Origin: an uncultured Chloroflexia bacterium
GTDB taxonomy: Bacteria; Chloroflexota; Limnocylindria; Limnocylindrales; CSP1-4
Length of the DNA: 64,000 nt
NCBI GenBank assembly: GCA_963813535.1
Contig: CAWEZH010000003.1
Coordinates: 704,001 to 768,000 of the forward strand
Direction of reading: 5' to 3'
Position 1 is the first letter of the stretch, and every line of letters begins with the position of its first letter. The translations under genes were made by a program, and so were the position numbers. The notes beneath the pieces are model-generated. The model was not told the DNA's origin. It worked only from the letters and a program-made list of their open reading frames with translations, and did no database searches. This document shows, piece after piece, positions 9,359 to 20,101 of the stretch.

Positions 9359-9789
9359 CCGGGACGGAGGGCGACATCGGCCCCGAGAGCCCCGATGACG
9401 TCGAGGTCAACCGTCCGTCGCGACCGGCACTCGTGGAGCTCGCGGCCGCCATCCTCATCGTCGGCGGGGCGATGCAGCTCATCGTCACGATCGCAACGCT
9501 CTCGGGAGTGCCGCCAGGTGCGGAGCCCTTCCTGGCTGTCGCACTCGCGCTCAACGTGGCGTCCATCACGCTGGGCGCCCTCGTGCGCACGGGCCGGGCG
9601 TGGCTCCTCGCCATCAACTTCGCGGCCGTGGTGGCGTTCCTCGATCTCCTCGGCTCGGGCGGGAGCCCCCTCTCCCTCATGCTCGGAGCGGCCGAGGTCC
9701 TCGTCGTTGCGATCCTCGTGGCGCGCAAGCCGTGGTTCGACGCGATGCGAGCGTGGCGGGGGGCGATGGCCGCTGCGACCCGACCCTGA
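9355..9789 (+). CDS. Membrane protein (4 TM), hypothetical
   Basis: GTGA overlap with amylase stop; four hydrophobic helices. Confidence 0.7.
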   Translation: MTGTEGDIGPESPDDVEVNRPSRPALVELAAAILIVGGAMQLIVTIATLSGVPPGAEPFLAVALALNVASITLGALVRTGRAWLLAINFAAVVAFLDLLGSGGSPLSLMLGAAEVLVVAILVARKPWFDAMRAWRGAMAAATRP

Positions 9790-9792
9790 ACG

Positions 9793-10749
9793 TCAGCCCT
9801 TGACGCCGCCGACTGCCAGGCCACCCACCAGGTAGCGCTGGAAGACGAAGAAGACGATCGACACCGGCAAGGCGAACAGGATCGCGAATGCCGCGAACTG
9901 CGACCAGTTCGTCGTCCGTGCGAACTGCCCGACCATGCTGTTGAGAGCCAGCGACAACGTCCAGTCGTGGACCTCGCTGATGAACATCGCGACCGTCAGG
10001 TACTCGCTCCAGCCGCCGAGGAAACCGAGGAACCCCGTTACCGCGATCGCTGGCACGGACAGCGGCACGATGATCTTGCGGAAGACTTGGTTCTGCGACG
10101 CACCGTCCACGGAAGCCGCTTCCTCGAGGTCCCTTGGGATCGTGTCGAGGTAGCCCTTGAGGTTCCAGATCGCGAACGGCAACTGCGCTGAGATGACGGC
10201 GAGCGTGACGCCCATCAGCGAGTTGCGCAGGTTGAACGACAGCTCGCCGAAGTTGATCTGGAACTGGTTGAGGAAGATGAACAGCGGGATGATCGTCGCC
10301 ACCGACGGCAGCATCAGCACGCCGAGGACCGCGATCATCAGCGCTGCCCGGCCCCGGAACTTGAGCCGCGAGAAGGCGTAGGCGGCGAGCAGCCCGATCG
10401 CGACCGCCACGGCCGCGCTGGCAAGGGCGATCTTCATGCTGTTGAGGGCCAAGTCGATGAAGCCGATCGGGTTGCTCGTCGGCTGCGCGATGACCTTGGC
10501 GAACGAGTCGAGCGATGCGCCCGGCGGGATCAGGTTGAGGCCATCCGGTCGGGCGAGATTGCGCGGGTCGAGCGCCATGCTGACGATCCAGATCAGCGGG
10601 AAGAGAACGGTGAACGTGATCAACAGCAGGATCGCCTGCAGGACGAGCTGTCGGCCAAGCGGCAACCGCCGCTCGCCAGACGTCCTCCCCAGGCTGAGAC
10701 CGCGGGTCAGCAAGCGTCGGGTCGTATCGGTGGTCGCGGGCGCCGTCAT
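9793..10749 (-). CDS. malG: Maltose/maltodextrin ABC permease (MalG-like)
   Basis: LKGYLDTIPRDLEEAASVDGAS EAA loop; position in operon. Confidence 0.88.
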   Translation of the reverse strand: MTAPATTDTTRRLLTRGLSLGRTSGERRLPLGRQLVLQAILLLITFTVLFPLIWIVSMALDPRNLARPDGLNLIPPGASLDSFAKVIAQPTSNPIGFIDLALNSMKIALASAAVAVAIGLLAAYAFSRLKFRGRAALMIAVLGVLMLPSVATIIPLFIFLNQFQINFGELSFNLRNSLMGVTLAVISAQLPFAIWNLKGYLDTIPRDLEEAASVDGASQNQVFRKIIVPLSVPAIAVTGFLGFLGGWSEYLTVAMFISEVHDWTLSLALNSMVGQFARTTNWSQFAAFAILFALPVSIVFFVFQRYLVGGLAVGGVKG

Positions 10750-10776
10750 CGAATCGTCTCCCGTGCGGGTCGGCCG

Positions 10777-11790
10777 TCAGTCGGCATAGCTCTTCGTCGC
10801 CTTCGCCATCCGGTTGGTGATGAGCGTGATGATGAGGAGCAGGAAGAAGAGATACACCGCAAAGGCCGCGGCGACACCGAACAGGCGGCGCTCGTATGCG
10901 AGGCGATAGGCCTGCGTGACGAGGATCTCGGTGCGACCGAACGGTTCACCCTGGGTCATGAAGAACGGCAGGAAGAACAGGTTGAACGTGATCACGAAGC
11001 CGTAGATGGCGTACGGCAGCATCGCGGGTCTGAGGAATGGGACCGTGACGTTGCGGAACTTCTGCCACCAGCTCGCGCCGTCCATCTCGGCGGCCTCGTA
11101 CAGCTCGCCCGGGATCGACTGGAGGGCACCCGTCGCGACGACCGCATTGAGCGGCCAGCCCAGCCAGGTATTGGCGGTGATCATCGCGAAGAACGCCAGT
11201 GACAGCGGGATCCACGATATCGGATCGTTGGGCTGGCGGATCCAGTCGAGGTGGAAGGCCGGATTATCCGGGGAGATCCCGAACAGGCCACCCAGGCCCT
11301 GGAGGCCGAGGTTCACGGCACCCGCATCGGGATCGAACATGTTCCGCCAGACCGTGGCCACGATGATCTGCGGGATCACGACCGGCAGGATGAAGATCGC
11401 CCGATAGATGCCCTTCAACCACAGGCCCTTCGTGTTGAGGATCACCGCCACGAAGACGCCGATGATGACGTGCACCACGACGTTGCTGAAGGCCCAGAAC
11501 AGGTTGAACAGCACCAGCCGGGCGAACTCGAAGTTGGGGATCTGGAGCTTCGATGTCGCAATGCGGATGTAGTTGTCGAGCCCGACGAACTCGGCCGGCA
11601 CGGGGTTGCGGACCCGGAAGTTGATCTGGCCGAAGTCGTGGAACGACATCCAGACCTGGAAGAAAAGTGGATAGAACGTGATGACCGCCATCACGGCGAA
11701 CGCTGGTACCAGGTAGAGGTACGGCTGCAGGTTGCGTCGGACCCTGGCACCCCGGCTGCGTCGGGGTAACGCGGCTGTCGCGGTCGCCAT
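10777..11790 (-). CDS. malF: Maltose/maltodextrin ABC permease (MalF/MalC-like)
   Basis: LQSIPGELYEAAEMDGAS EAA loop; multiple TMs. Confidence 0.88.
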   Translation of the reverse strand: MATATAALPRRSRGARVRRNLQPYLYLVPAFAVMAVITFYPLFFQVWMSFHDFGQINFRVRNPVPAEFVGLDNYIRIATSKLQIPNFEFARLVLFNLFWAFSNVVVHVIIGVFVAVILNTKGLWLKGIYRAIFILPVVIPQIIVATVWRNMFDPDAGAVNLGLQGLGGLFGISPDNPAFHLDWIRQPNDPISWIPLSLAFFAMITANTWLGWPLNAVVATGALQSIPGELYEAAEMDGASWWQKFRNVTVPFLRPAMLPYAIYGFVITFNLFFLPFFMTQGEPFGRTEILVTQAYRLAYERRLFGVAAAFAVYLFFLLLIITLITNRMAKATKSYAD

Positions 11791-11839
11791 GAACGAGTCT
11801 CCCTCTTGTGGGTGACGGCGGTCGTGGTGGCGAGAGTAT

Positions 11840-11871
11840 GACGAGGGCGCCGGCGGACCGGCGCCCTCGTC
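11840..11871 (-). terminator. Intercistronic hairpin after the binding-protein gene (stabiliser/attenuator)
   Basis: Perfect 14-bp stem GACGAGGGCGCCGG-CGGA-CCGGCGCCCTCGTC. Confidence 0.65.
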
Positions 11872-11886
11872 GCTCGAGGGAAGGGC

Positions 11887-13143
11887 CTAGAGGCCGCTCG
11901 CCTCGTTCATCAGCGCGCAGGCGTCCTTGACGGCCGTGGCAGGATCGGCGCCCGTGTCGATGACCTTGTTCAGCGCATCGCCGAACGGCCCCCACCAGTT
12001 GCCGAACTGTGCGTTCTGGGGTCGCGGCAATCCGGCTTCGGCCGCGTCGGCGAAGCCCTGCGTGATCGAGTCGGTGATCTGGACCGTCGGGTTCGCCGGA
12101 ACATGGCCGGCGTCGTCGACGAAGGTCTGCATCGCGGTGGGCGACGTGAGCGCGAGCGCCACATCGACCGCCAGCTTTGCCTGGTCCGTCTCGAGGTTGG
12201 GGTTGATATACCAGCCGTCGGTACCGGTGAACGGATTGGCGGCGGCCGCCGGACCCTTGGGGATCGTCGTGACCGCGAGGTTGTCACCGAGAGCGGTGCG
12301 GAAGTCCGCCGTCTGCCATGGCCCGTCGATGATCGCGTTGATCTCGCCGGTCTGGAAGGCGGCCTTGAGAGCGTTGCCGTCCGTATTGAACGTCGCGCCG
12401 GCGTCCTTGAGCTCCTTCAGGTAGCCGAAGGCTTCGGCGAAGCCGCCCGCGTCCGCCGTGCACTTGCCGGCGTCGTCCATCAGCGTGCCGCCGAACGCGC
12501 CCGTCCAGCCGAACTGGTGGTAGACGCCCTGGTTGATGCCGACCTTCACCGACCCGTCCTTGACGGCGGCAAGGAGCTCGTCAGAGGTCGTCGGCGGCGT
12601 CGCGACCTTGCTCTTGTCATACCAGAGGGCGACGGCCTTGAGCGACTCGGGGACCATGTAGAACGAGCCGTCGACCTTCGAACCATCGAGGGCGACAGGC
12701 AGGTAGCCCTCGAGCGCGGGGTTGCCGGTGAGGAACTCGTCGAGGTTCATCAACGATTCCTCGCGAGCGTCCTTGCCCAGGTCGTCGTTCGGGGCGATGA
12801 ACATGTCGGCGCCGGCGCCTGCAGCGACCTCGGTCCGCCACTTGGTGAAGATCTGGTCGAACGGCTGCTCGACGACATTGATGGTCAGATCGGGATTGTC
12901 AGCGCGGACCTTCTCGAGGACCGTGTTGAGCGCGCCGGTCTCGCCGCCGCCCGAGCCGTAGGAATGCCACAGCGTGACCTCACCGGCGAGCGCCGCCGGC
13001 GCCGCCGATCCCGCTGCGGGCGACTCGGGGGCGGCCGACTCGGGGGCCGTGCTGGGAGCGGAACTCGTCGTCGGGCTCGCGCAGGCGCTGGCGATGATCG
13101 CCATCCCTGCCACGATCGACGCGAGCCGAAGCTGCTTCTTCAT
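11887..13143 (-). CDS. malE: Maltodextrin-binding lipoprotein (MalE/MalX-like)
   Basis: MKKQ start with GAGGAG SD, lipobox ASAC, S/P/A linker, VTLWHS and GPWQ motifs. Confidence 0.88.
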   Translation of the reverse strand: MKKQLRLASIVAGMAIIASACASPTTSSAPSTAPESAAPESPAAGSAAPAALAGEVTLWHSYGSGGGETGALNTVLEKVRADNPDLTINVVEQPFDQIFTKWRTEVAAGAGADMFIAPNDDLGKDAREESLMNLDEFLTGNPALEGYLPVALDGSKVDGSFYMVPESLKAVALWYDKSKVATPPTTSDELLAAVKDGSVKVGINQGVYHQFGWTGAFGGTLMDDAGKCTADAGGFAEAFGYLKELKDAGATFNTDGNALKAAFQTGEINAIIDGPWQTADFRTALGDNLAVTTIPKGPAAAANPFTGTDGWYINPNLETDQAKLAVDVALALTSPTAMQTFVDDAGHVPANPTVQITDSITQGFADAAEAGLPRPQNAQFGNWWGPFGDALNKVIDTGADPATAVKDACALMNEASGL

Positions 13144-13270
13144 CGTGCCTGTGGTCTCCTCTCTTATCTCGCCTGGCCGGTCGTGCCGGCCGGGATCGCC
13201 GCGCTCGGCGGCCGTGTCGGTACGTCGTGTGGCGGAGCGCACCTGACGCGGACGTCGCTCGCCGTGGATC

Positions 13271-14344
13271 TCAGCCTGCTTCCCCGGCCACCTCCCTTCG
13301 GTCCATAGGCACCGGCCCGGTCGAGCCGCGGATGATGAGCCGCGTCTCGAGCCGGCGATGCTCGGGCTTGGATTGACCCCGTCGTTCGATGACGGTCAGG
13401 AGGGCACGGACCGCTTCCTCGCCCTTCCGACGGATCGGCTGGTGGACCGTCGTGAGCGGGGGGTCGACGTGCGGGGCGAGGTCGATGTCATCGAAGCCGA
13501 CGACGCTCACGTCGCCCGGGATGTCGAGTCGAAGGTCGCGCAGGGCGCGCATGGCGCCGATGGCCATCGCATCCGACATCGCCAGGATGGCGGTCGGCCG
13601 GAGGCCGTCCGCCCAGGCACCCGTGGTCGCCGCGATGCCGCCATCGATGCTCGCGGGTCCGACGACCACCCGGTCGTCGGGGATCTCGACGCCGACAGCG
13701 CGAAACGCCTCCCGGTAGCCCCGCAGGCGGCGGCTGGTGACGCCGTCGGGATCGAGTCCACCGGGTGCCGGCGGCTCGACGCCCAGCACGAGCACGTCCC
13801 GGTGGCCGAGGCTGGCGATGTACGCCGCAGCCGCCTGCGCGCCACCCACGTCATCGATCTCGACCGAGCCGTGCTCTGGCAGCGCGAGCGAGTCGACCAG
13901 GACGATCGGCAGGCCGGCCCGGCGGATCTGCTCCACCTCGGGATGGCCATCGGCCAGACCGATCGCCACCACCCCATCGACGGTCGCGCGGGTCATCGCC
14001 CGGATAAGGCTGCCGTGCAACGGCGAGATGAAGTGGAGCCCGTACCCGTACTCCTCGGCCACCAGCGCGACGCCCTCGCTGAACGCCCCGAAGAACGGAT
14101 TGCTGAAGATGACGCTGAGGGCCTGCGGTGTGAGCACGCCGATGGTCATCGTCTGGCGCTGGGTGAGCATCCGGGCGACGGGGTGCGGCGTGTAGCCGAG
14201 CTGGAGCGCGATCTCGCGGATGCGCACCGCGGTCTCGGGTGCGAGGCGGTCGGGCGAATTGAACGCGAAGGACACGGCCGTCTTGCTCACGCCCGCTTCG
14301 CGGGCGACGTCGGCGATGCGCGGGCGCTGGGTCCTTGGCTCCAC
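13271..14344 (-). CDS. LacI family transcriptional regulator
   Basis: RIADVAREAGVSKTAVSFAFN HTH; DVSVVGFDD, PPLTTVHQP. Confidence 0.93.
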   Translation of the reverse strand: MEPRTQRPRIADVAREAGVSKTAVSFAFNSPDRLAPETAVRIREIALQLGYTPHPVARMLTQRQTMTIGVLTPQALSVIFSNPFFGAFSEGVALVAEEYGYGLHFISPLHGSLIRAMTRATVDGVVAIGLADGHPEVEQIRRAGLPIVLVDSLALPEHGSVEIDDVGGAQAAAAYIASLGHRDVLVLGVEPPAPGGLDPDGVTSRRLRGYREAFRAVGVEIPDDRVVVGPASIDGGIAATTGAWADGLRPTAILAMSDAMAIGAMRALRDLRLDIPGDVSVVGFDDIDLAPHVDPPLTTVHQPIRRKGEEAVRALLTVIERRGQSKPEHRRLETRLIIRGSTGPVPMDRREVAGEAG

Positions 14345-14464
14345 CAGGGTCTCGACTCCGCTTGCTTGCTTCGCTCTGAGCGCCGACCGGTCGACGAGTC
14401 GACCGGCCCGTCGAGGCGATGCGGGGCCGCCGCAGGAGGAGGAGAGCGCGGGGCCCGGCATCGT

Positions 14465-14523
14465 GCAAACCGGTTTAGCAAACCGGTTTAGCCGAATGTA
14501 GGCGTGCGTCCCGATGGTGTCAA
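14465..14523 (-). promoter_or_regulatory. Promoter of lacI-mal operon with tandem LacI-type operators
   Basis: Minus strand TTGACA (14518-14523), 17 nt, TACATT (14495-14500); two tandem GCAAACCGGTTTA copies with palindromic cores at 14465-14490. Confidence 0.8.
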
Positions 14524-14553
14524 GACCCACGCGGCAGGAGGTCGTACCATCGG

Positions 14554-15009
14554 ATGGCCGTGACCGTTCCTGCCGACTCGACCTCGACCCCGACCTCGAC
14601 CCCGCGCCCGGATGGCGCCGCACCGCCGACGGGCACCGACCATCCGCCACGGATGCCCTCGGGCCTCCGGCTGTTCCTGGTCTACGCGGCACTGATCCTC
14701 GTCGGGATCGCCCTGAGCATGCGCACCGTGGTCGACTCGGCGCTGGGCGCGATGCCGATCACCCCGCTCGGCATCGTCGTCATGATCCTGCTCGCCTACA
14801 CGATCTTCACGATGACCCTCGTCCTGCAACGAAAGCAGGCCGGTTTCGCCCTCGCCATCGTCCTCGCCAGCCTGACCATCCCGCTGGTGCTGCTGCTCGC
14901 CGTCAGTCCGGTCCACCCGGCGGCGCCGGTATTCGCCGCAGCCTTCGGGCTCCTGCTCTTCCGCGGCTTGCTCCGACCGGAGGTCCGAACGTACCTCTCG
15001 GAGGCGTGA
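14554..15009 (+). CDS. Membrane protein (4 TM), hypothetical
   Basis: TACCAT just upstream of ATG; hydrophobic helices. Confidence 0.75.
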   Translation: MAVTVPADSTSTPTSTPRPDGAAPPTGTDHPPRMPSGLRLFLVYAALILVGIALSMRTVVDSALGAMPITPLGIVVMILLAYTIFTMTLVLQRKQAGFALAIVLASLTIPLVLLLAVSPVHPAAPVFAAAFGLLLFRGLLRPEVRTYLSEA

Positions 15010-15126
15010 TCCGGACGTCGAACGCGGGAACCGACCGGGCCGGGTACCCTCTGCGGGCGCGGCCTTCGTCGCCGCCGGGTCCGATACCGACCCGGCGACC
15101 CCTTCGACCGCACCGAGGCATCTTCT

Positions 15127-15984
15127 GTGAGCAAGGAATCCCGCCGGCGTCAGCGCATGGCCGGCCAGCCATCCGGGACCGGTCCCGAAGCGACAGCGCG
15201 AGGATCGGCGAGCGCCCCGGCCGGGACGACCAGCCCCTCCCCCGCCCGACCCTCGACGAGCTCGCGTGGGACGGCGCGAGCGGGACGGCGCGAGCGCGCT
15301 CGGCCCGCACCGAGGGGGTCGTTCCTCCAGCGCTATCGGCGCTGGCTGTTCGCCGCCGGCGTCGTCGGCGTCGTGGCGATCGTGGGTGCGGGCGTCTTCG
15401 CAGCCGCGACCCAACCCGCGTTCGCGTGCTCGAACATCTGGGAACCATCGGCGACACCGAGCCCGGTGGCCGACGCCTCCCCCCAGCCCGGTTACGTGCA
15501 GCCCGATATGGGCAACTCCCACGTCGCACCCGGCACCGTGGTCAAGTACACCTACTGCCCGCCCGCATCGGGTCGGCACTACAACCAGCCGGGCGTCGGC
15601 GGTCCGATCCCTGCCCGGCCGTATGGTCCCAACGACGCCGTCATCCCCGAGGGCTGGGTCCACAACCTCGAGCACGGCGGTCTCGTGATCCTGTACCGCG
15701 GTGCCGAAGCGGACCAGGCGCCGCTCCGCGCGCTGTACGACGCGGTGCCGGTCAGCCCGGTCTGCGGCTTCGAGCCCGGCGGGAACTCACCCGGGCCGGT
15801 CGTCGCCCGGTTCGATGACATGGCCTGGCCGTACGCGGCCCTCGTGTGGGACCGGGTGCTCCCTATGCAGACGCTCGATCAGGCGGCCGTCCTCGACTTC
15901 TATGCCCGCTACGGCGAGAGGACGAACCCCGAGAAGTTCTGCGACCCGTCGGGGAGCCCGGTGCCGTCCGCGTCGCCGAGCTGA
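15127..15984 (+). CDS. DUF3105-like membrane-anchored protein
   Basis: Single TM, then PPASGRHY and VHNLEHGGLVILY motifs. Confidence 0.8.
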   Translation: MSKESRRRQRMAGQPSGTGPEATARGSASAPAGTTSPSPARPSTSSRGTARAGRRERARPAPRGSFLQRYRRWLFAAGVVGVVAIVGAGVFAAATQPAFACSNIWEPSATPSPVADASPQPGYVQPDMGNSHVAPGTVVKYTYCPPASGRHYNQPGVGGPIPARPYGPNDAVIPEGWVHNLEHGGLVILYRGAEADQAPLRALYDAVPVSPVCGFEPGGNSPGPVVARFDDMAWPYAALVWDRVLPMQTLDQAAVLDFYARYGERTNPEKFCDPSGSPVPSASPS

Positions 15985-15996
15985 TCGGCCCGGCGA

Positions 15997-16896
15997 GTGA
16001 GGCTGTACGCCTTCGCCGGCGATACCGGCGTCGAGTGCGGTCGGCTCGACGGCGAGTCTGTCGTGATCGACGCTGACCGGCGTGACGATATCTCTGCTGC
16101 CGCCGCCGACGGCAGCCTCATGGACTTCCTCGGACACCTCCAGAGCGTGCAGGCCGGCCAGCGTCGGCCGATCGCGTCCCTCGCCCCGGCCCCAGCGGTC
16201 CCTCGTCCCCGGAAGATCGTCTGTGTCGGGTTGAACTATCGAGACCACGTCGCCGAAGGTGGCCGCCCGAGCCCCGATCGGCCACTGCTCTTCTCGAAGT
16301 TCGCCAACACGGTCATCGGCGACGGTGAACCGATCGTCCGCCCGGAGGGCACCCACGCCCTCGATCTCGAGGTCGAGCTCGGTGTCGTCATCGGCAAGGA
16401 GGCTCGCCGCGTCGCGGCCGCCGACGCGACCGACCACGTCGCCGGGTACGTGGTCGTGAACGACGTCAGCGCGCGCGATTGGCAGGGTGTCCCAGCCGCG
16501 CTGCGCGACGGCGAGAAGGGCGACGGCCAATGGCTGCGCGCCAAGGGCAGCGATACCTTCCTCCCGATGGGGCCCGTGTTCGTCACGCCGGACGACATGG
16601 ACCCTGCGCCGGGGTTGCGGCTCCGGAGCTGGCGCATCACGGCCGACGGCGAGGAGCACCTCATGCAGGACGGCTCGACCGCGGACATGATCTGGGGCGT
16701 CCCGGCGCTGATCGAGTTCATCACGGCCGCCATCACGCTCGATGCGGGCGACGTGATCGCGACCGGCACGCCGTCCGGCGTCGGCGTCTTCCGGGATCCG
16801 CCGGTCTTCCTCGAGCCGGGCGACCGCGTCCGCTGCGAGATCGAGGGCATCGGCACCGTCGAGAACCCCGTCATCGACTGGTCGGCAACGCCCTAG
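15997..16896 (+). CDS. Fumarylacetoacetate hydrolase family protein
   Basis: [35 protein letters not shown]. Confidence 0.9.
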   Translation: MRLYAFAGDTGVECGRLDGESVVIDADRRDDISAAAADGSLMDFLGHLQSVQAGQRRPIASLAPAPAVPRPRKIVCVGLNYRDHVAEGGRPSPDRPLLFSKFANTVIGDGEPIVRPEGTHALDLEVELGVVIGKEARRVAAADATDHVAGYVVVNDVSARDWQGVPAALRDGEKGDGQWLRAKGSDTFLPMGPVFVTPDDMDPAPGLRLRSWRITADGEEHLMQDGSTADMIWGVPALIEFITAAITLDAGDVIATGTPSGVGVFRDPPVFLEPGDRVRCEIEGIGTVENPVIDWSATP

Positions 16897-16943
16897 CCGC
16901 CCGCGCGCCCGCCGGCTCGTTCCCCGCGCGCTACGCTCCCGGC

Positions 16944-17969
16944 ATGCAGGCCCTCGTCAAGACTGCGGCCGGACCCGGGGTCGAGCTGCGCGACGTGCCG
17001 GAACCCGAGATGACCATCAACGACGTCCGCATCCGCGTCCGCAAGACCGGGATCTGCGGCACGGACCTGCACATCGTCGACTGGGACGCGTGGGCACAGA
17101 AGACCATCACGCCGCCCCTCATCGTCGGGCACGAGTTCGTCGGCGAGGTGCTCGAGGTCGGCAGCAACGTCCACGACATCGCGCCCGGCGACCTCGTCAG
17201 CGGCGAGGGACATGTCGTCTGCGGTCGATGCCGCCATTGCCGGGCCGGCCGCTGGCACCTGTGCGCCAATACGGTCGGCCTTGGCGTGCAGCGCGACGGT
17301 GCCTTCGCCGAGCAGGTGGTCCTGCCGGTGACGAACGTCTGGCACCACTGGCCGGGCATCGACGAGGAGGTCGCCGCGATCTTCGATCCGTTCGGCAACG
17401 CGGTCCACACCGCGCTCGCCTTCCCGGTCCTTGGCGAGGACGTCCTGGTCGTCGGGGCCGGCCCGATCGGGCTGATGGCCACAGCCGTCGCCCGACACGC
17501 CGGGGCTCGTCACATCGTCGTCAGCGAGCCGAACGAGACCCGCCGTGAGCTCGCGACACGGATGGGTGCGAGCCTCGTCGTGGACCCGCAGCGGCGTGAC
17601 CTCAAGGACGCTCAACGCGAGCTCGGGATGGTCGAGGGGTTCGACGTCGTCTTCGAGATGTCGGGCAACCCGGCGGCCCTGCGCGATGCGTTGGCGAGCA
17701 TGGCCCACGGCGCCGGGATGGCCATCCTCGGCATCCCGACAGAGGAGATCCCCATCGACATCAGCCGGATCGTGTTCGACCAGCTCCGGCTCCAGGGGAT
17801 CTACGGCCGGGAGATGTACGAGACGTGGTACAAGATGTCGGTGATGCTCCAGTCGGGCCTCGACATCCGGCCCGTGATCACGCATCGATTCGGCTACCGG
17901 GACCACGAGGCTGCGTTCGCGGCAGCCCGGAGCGGAGCGTCCGGCAAAGTGGTGATGGACTGGGCATGA
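16944..17969 (+). CDS. tdh: L-threonine 3-dehydrogenase
   Basis: [51 protein letters not shown]. Confidence 0.95.
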   Translation: MQALVKTAAGPGVELRDVPEPEMTINDVRIRVRKTGICGTDLHIVDWDAWAQKTITPPLIVGHEFVGEVLEVGSNVHDIAPGDLVSGEGHVVCGRCRHCRAGRWHLCANTVGLGVQRDGAFAEQVVLPVTNVWHHWPGIDEEVAAIFDPFGNAVHTALAFPVLGEDVLVVGAGPIGLMATAVARHAGARHIVVSEPNETRRELATRMGASLVVDPQRRDLKDAQRELGMVEGFDVVFEMSGNPAALRDALASMAHGAGMAILGIPTEEIPIDISRIVFDQLRLQGIYGREMYETWYKMSVMLQSGLDIRPVITHRFGYRDHEAAFAAARSGASGKVVMDWA

Positions 17970-17976
17970 CGGCGTC

Positions 17977-19203
17977 ATGACGACGACACCTCGCCCCGAC
18001 CCGCTGGCCTTCCTGGGCGATGAGGTCGCTGCCCTCCGCGAACGCCATCTGTACCGGGCGCTGCGGGTCATGTCGTCGGCCCAGGGCCCGATCGTGTCGA
18101 TCGATGGCGAGCGGCTGGTCAGCCTCTCATCGAACGACTACCTGGGCCTGACCCACCATCCACGGCTGCGCGAGGCCGCGCTCGCCGCGGTCCGCGAATT
18201 CGGCGTCGGGTCGGGCGCCGTCCGCACGATCGCCGGGACGATGTCGATGCACGAGGCGCTCGAATCGGAGCTCGCCGAGTTCAAGGGCACACCGGCCGTC
18301 CTCACGTTCCAGTCAGGCTTCACGGCCAACACCGGCGTGATCCCGACCATCACCGGCGAGACCGACCTGATCGTCAGCGACGGTCTCAACCACGCGTCGA
18401 TCATCGACGGCATGCGCCTGTCCAAGGCGCCCCGGAAGGTCTTCCCGCATGCCGACATCGAGGCGCTCAAGGCGATCCTGGACGAGGCGGTCGAGCACGG
18501 CCGCGAGGGGACCGGCGAGCCCTATCGGCTGATCCTCGTCGTCACCGACGGCGTCTTCTCGATGGACGGCGACATCGCGCCCTTGCCGGCCATCGTCGAG
18601 GCGGCGGAGTCGGTCGGCGCAGGTGTCTTCGTCGACGACGCCCACGCATCGGGAGTGCTGGGTCGCGACGGCCGAGGGACGGTCGACCACTTCGGTCTGC
18701 ACGGCCGGGTCGCGATCCAGGTGGGGACGCTCAGCAAGGCCGTCGGAGCGATGGGCGGCTATGTCGCGGGGAGCACCGCGCTGCGCGAGATCCTCACGCA
18801 GCGGGCGCGACCCTTCCTGTTCTCGACCTCCCACCCGCCGGCGGTCGTGGCCGCCTGCCGCGAAGCCATCAGGGTGATGCAGGAGGAACCCGAGCTTCTC
18901 GAACGCCTGTGGGTGAACACGCGTCGGTTCAAGTCGGAGCTGGCCCGCCTGGGCTTCGACACCGGTCGATCCGAAACGCCGATCACGCCGGTGATGATGG
19001 GCGACCCGGAGACCGCGATGCGGTTCAGCGACCGATTGATGGGCCAGGGCGTCTTCGCCCAGCCGGTGGTCTTCCCGACCGTGGCCCTCGATCAGGCTCG
19101 CATCCGGACGATCGTCACCGCGGCCCACGACGACGCGCAACTCGACCGGGCCCTCGACGCGTTCTCGACGGTCGGCCGCGAGCTCGGCGTGATCGCCGGG
19201 TGA
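17977..19203 (+). CDS. kbl: Glycine C-acetyltransferase (2-amino-3-ketobutyrate CoA ligase)
   Basis: SNDYLGL, NHASIIDG, DGVFSMDGD, DDAHASG, GTLSKA PLP lysine; adjacent to tdh. Confidence 0.88.
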   Translation: MTTTPRPDPLAFLGDEVAALRERHLYRALRVMSSAQGPIVSIDGERLVSLSSNDYLGLTHHPRLREAALAAVREFGVGSGAVRTIAGTMSMHEALESELAEFKGTPAVLTFQSGFTANTGVIPTITGETDLIVSDGLNHASIIDGMRLSKAPRKVFPHADIEALKAILDEAVEHGREGTGEPYRLILVVTDGVFSMDGDIAPLPAIVEAAESVGAGVFVDDAHASGVLGRDGRGTVDHFGLHGRVAIQVGTLSKAVGAMGGYVAGSTALREILTQRARPFLFSTSHPPAVVAACREAIRVMQEEPELLERLWVNTRRFKSELARLGFDTGRSETPITPVMMGDPETAMRFSDRLMGQGVFAQPVVFPTVALDQARIRTIVTAAHDDAQLDRALDAFSTVGRELGVIAG

Positions 19204-19204
19204 G

Positions 19205-20101
19205 GTGGCCGGGGGACGGCCGTTGACCGATCGACAGGCGCGCGACCTCCCGCTCGATGCGCACCTCCATACCGACCTGTCACCGGACAGCGACGTGCCG
19301 ATCGACGCGTTCGCGGCACAAGCCGTCGAGCGGGGCATCCCCGAGATCGCGATCACCGACCATGTCGACTTCGAGCCCGGCGCGCCGGCGTACCGATTCA
19401 CGACGTTCGAGCAACGCGAGCGGATCGTCCGTGAGGCCGCCGAGCGCTGGGCCGATCGCGGCATCGCGATCCGGTTCGGCGTCGAGTTGACGTACGACCG
19501 CGCATGGGAGGCCGACATCCGCGACCACCTCATGCATCACGCGTATGACTTCACGATCGGGTCGTGGCACGACCGTGTCGGCTCGGTCTACAGCCAGCTG
19601 TCGGTCGCGAGCTGGGTGGCCGGTCGTTCCCTCGCAGAGATCGTCCAGCCGGCGTTCGACGAGGTCGTCGCCGCCGCTCGGTCCCAGCTCTTCGACACGA
19701 TCGGGCACATCGACGTCGTCAAGCGCTATCTCGCGCCGCACGTGACGGCGGACGACCTGGCCGCGGCTCCGGAGCTGTACGAACCGATCCTCGAAGCGCT
19801 CGTCGACAGCGGGACCGCGCTCGAGATCAATACGAGCGGGTTGCGCCAGGAGTCCGGCGAGATGTATCCGCGTCCGGCCATCGTCGCCCGGTACCACGAG
19901 CTCGGCGGCGAGCGCATCACGATCGGCTCGGACGCACATCGAACCCACACATTCGCATGGGCACTCGATGAGGGCTACGCGGCCGCCGTCGCAGCCGGGT
20001 TCGAGACGCTGTCGTTCCGTCGCAAGGGCGGACCGGTCGCCGTTCCGATCGAGCGCTCGGTCGGGTCATCACGTCGTCCGCTACCCTCGGCACATGGCTG
20101 A
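19205..20101 (+). CDS. PHP-family histidinol-phosphatase (HisJ-like)
   Basis: DAHLHT, ITDH, GHID, EINTSG, GSDAH motifs. Confidence 0.85.
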   Translation: MAGGRPLTDRQARDLPLDAHLHTDLSPDSDVPIDAFAAQAVERGIPEIAITDHVDFEPGAPAYRFTTFEQRERIVREAAERWADRGIAIRFGVELTYDRAWEADIRDHLMHHAYDFTIGSWHDRVGSVYSQLSVASWVAGRSLAEIVQPAFDEVVAAARSQLFDTIGHIDVVKRYLAPHVTADDLAAAPELYEPILEALVDSGTALEINTSGLRQESGEMYPRPAIVARYHELGGERITIGSDAHRTHTFAWALDEGYAAAVAAGFETLSFRRKGGPVAVPIERSVGSSRRPLPSAHG

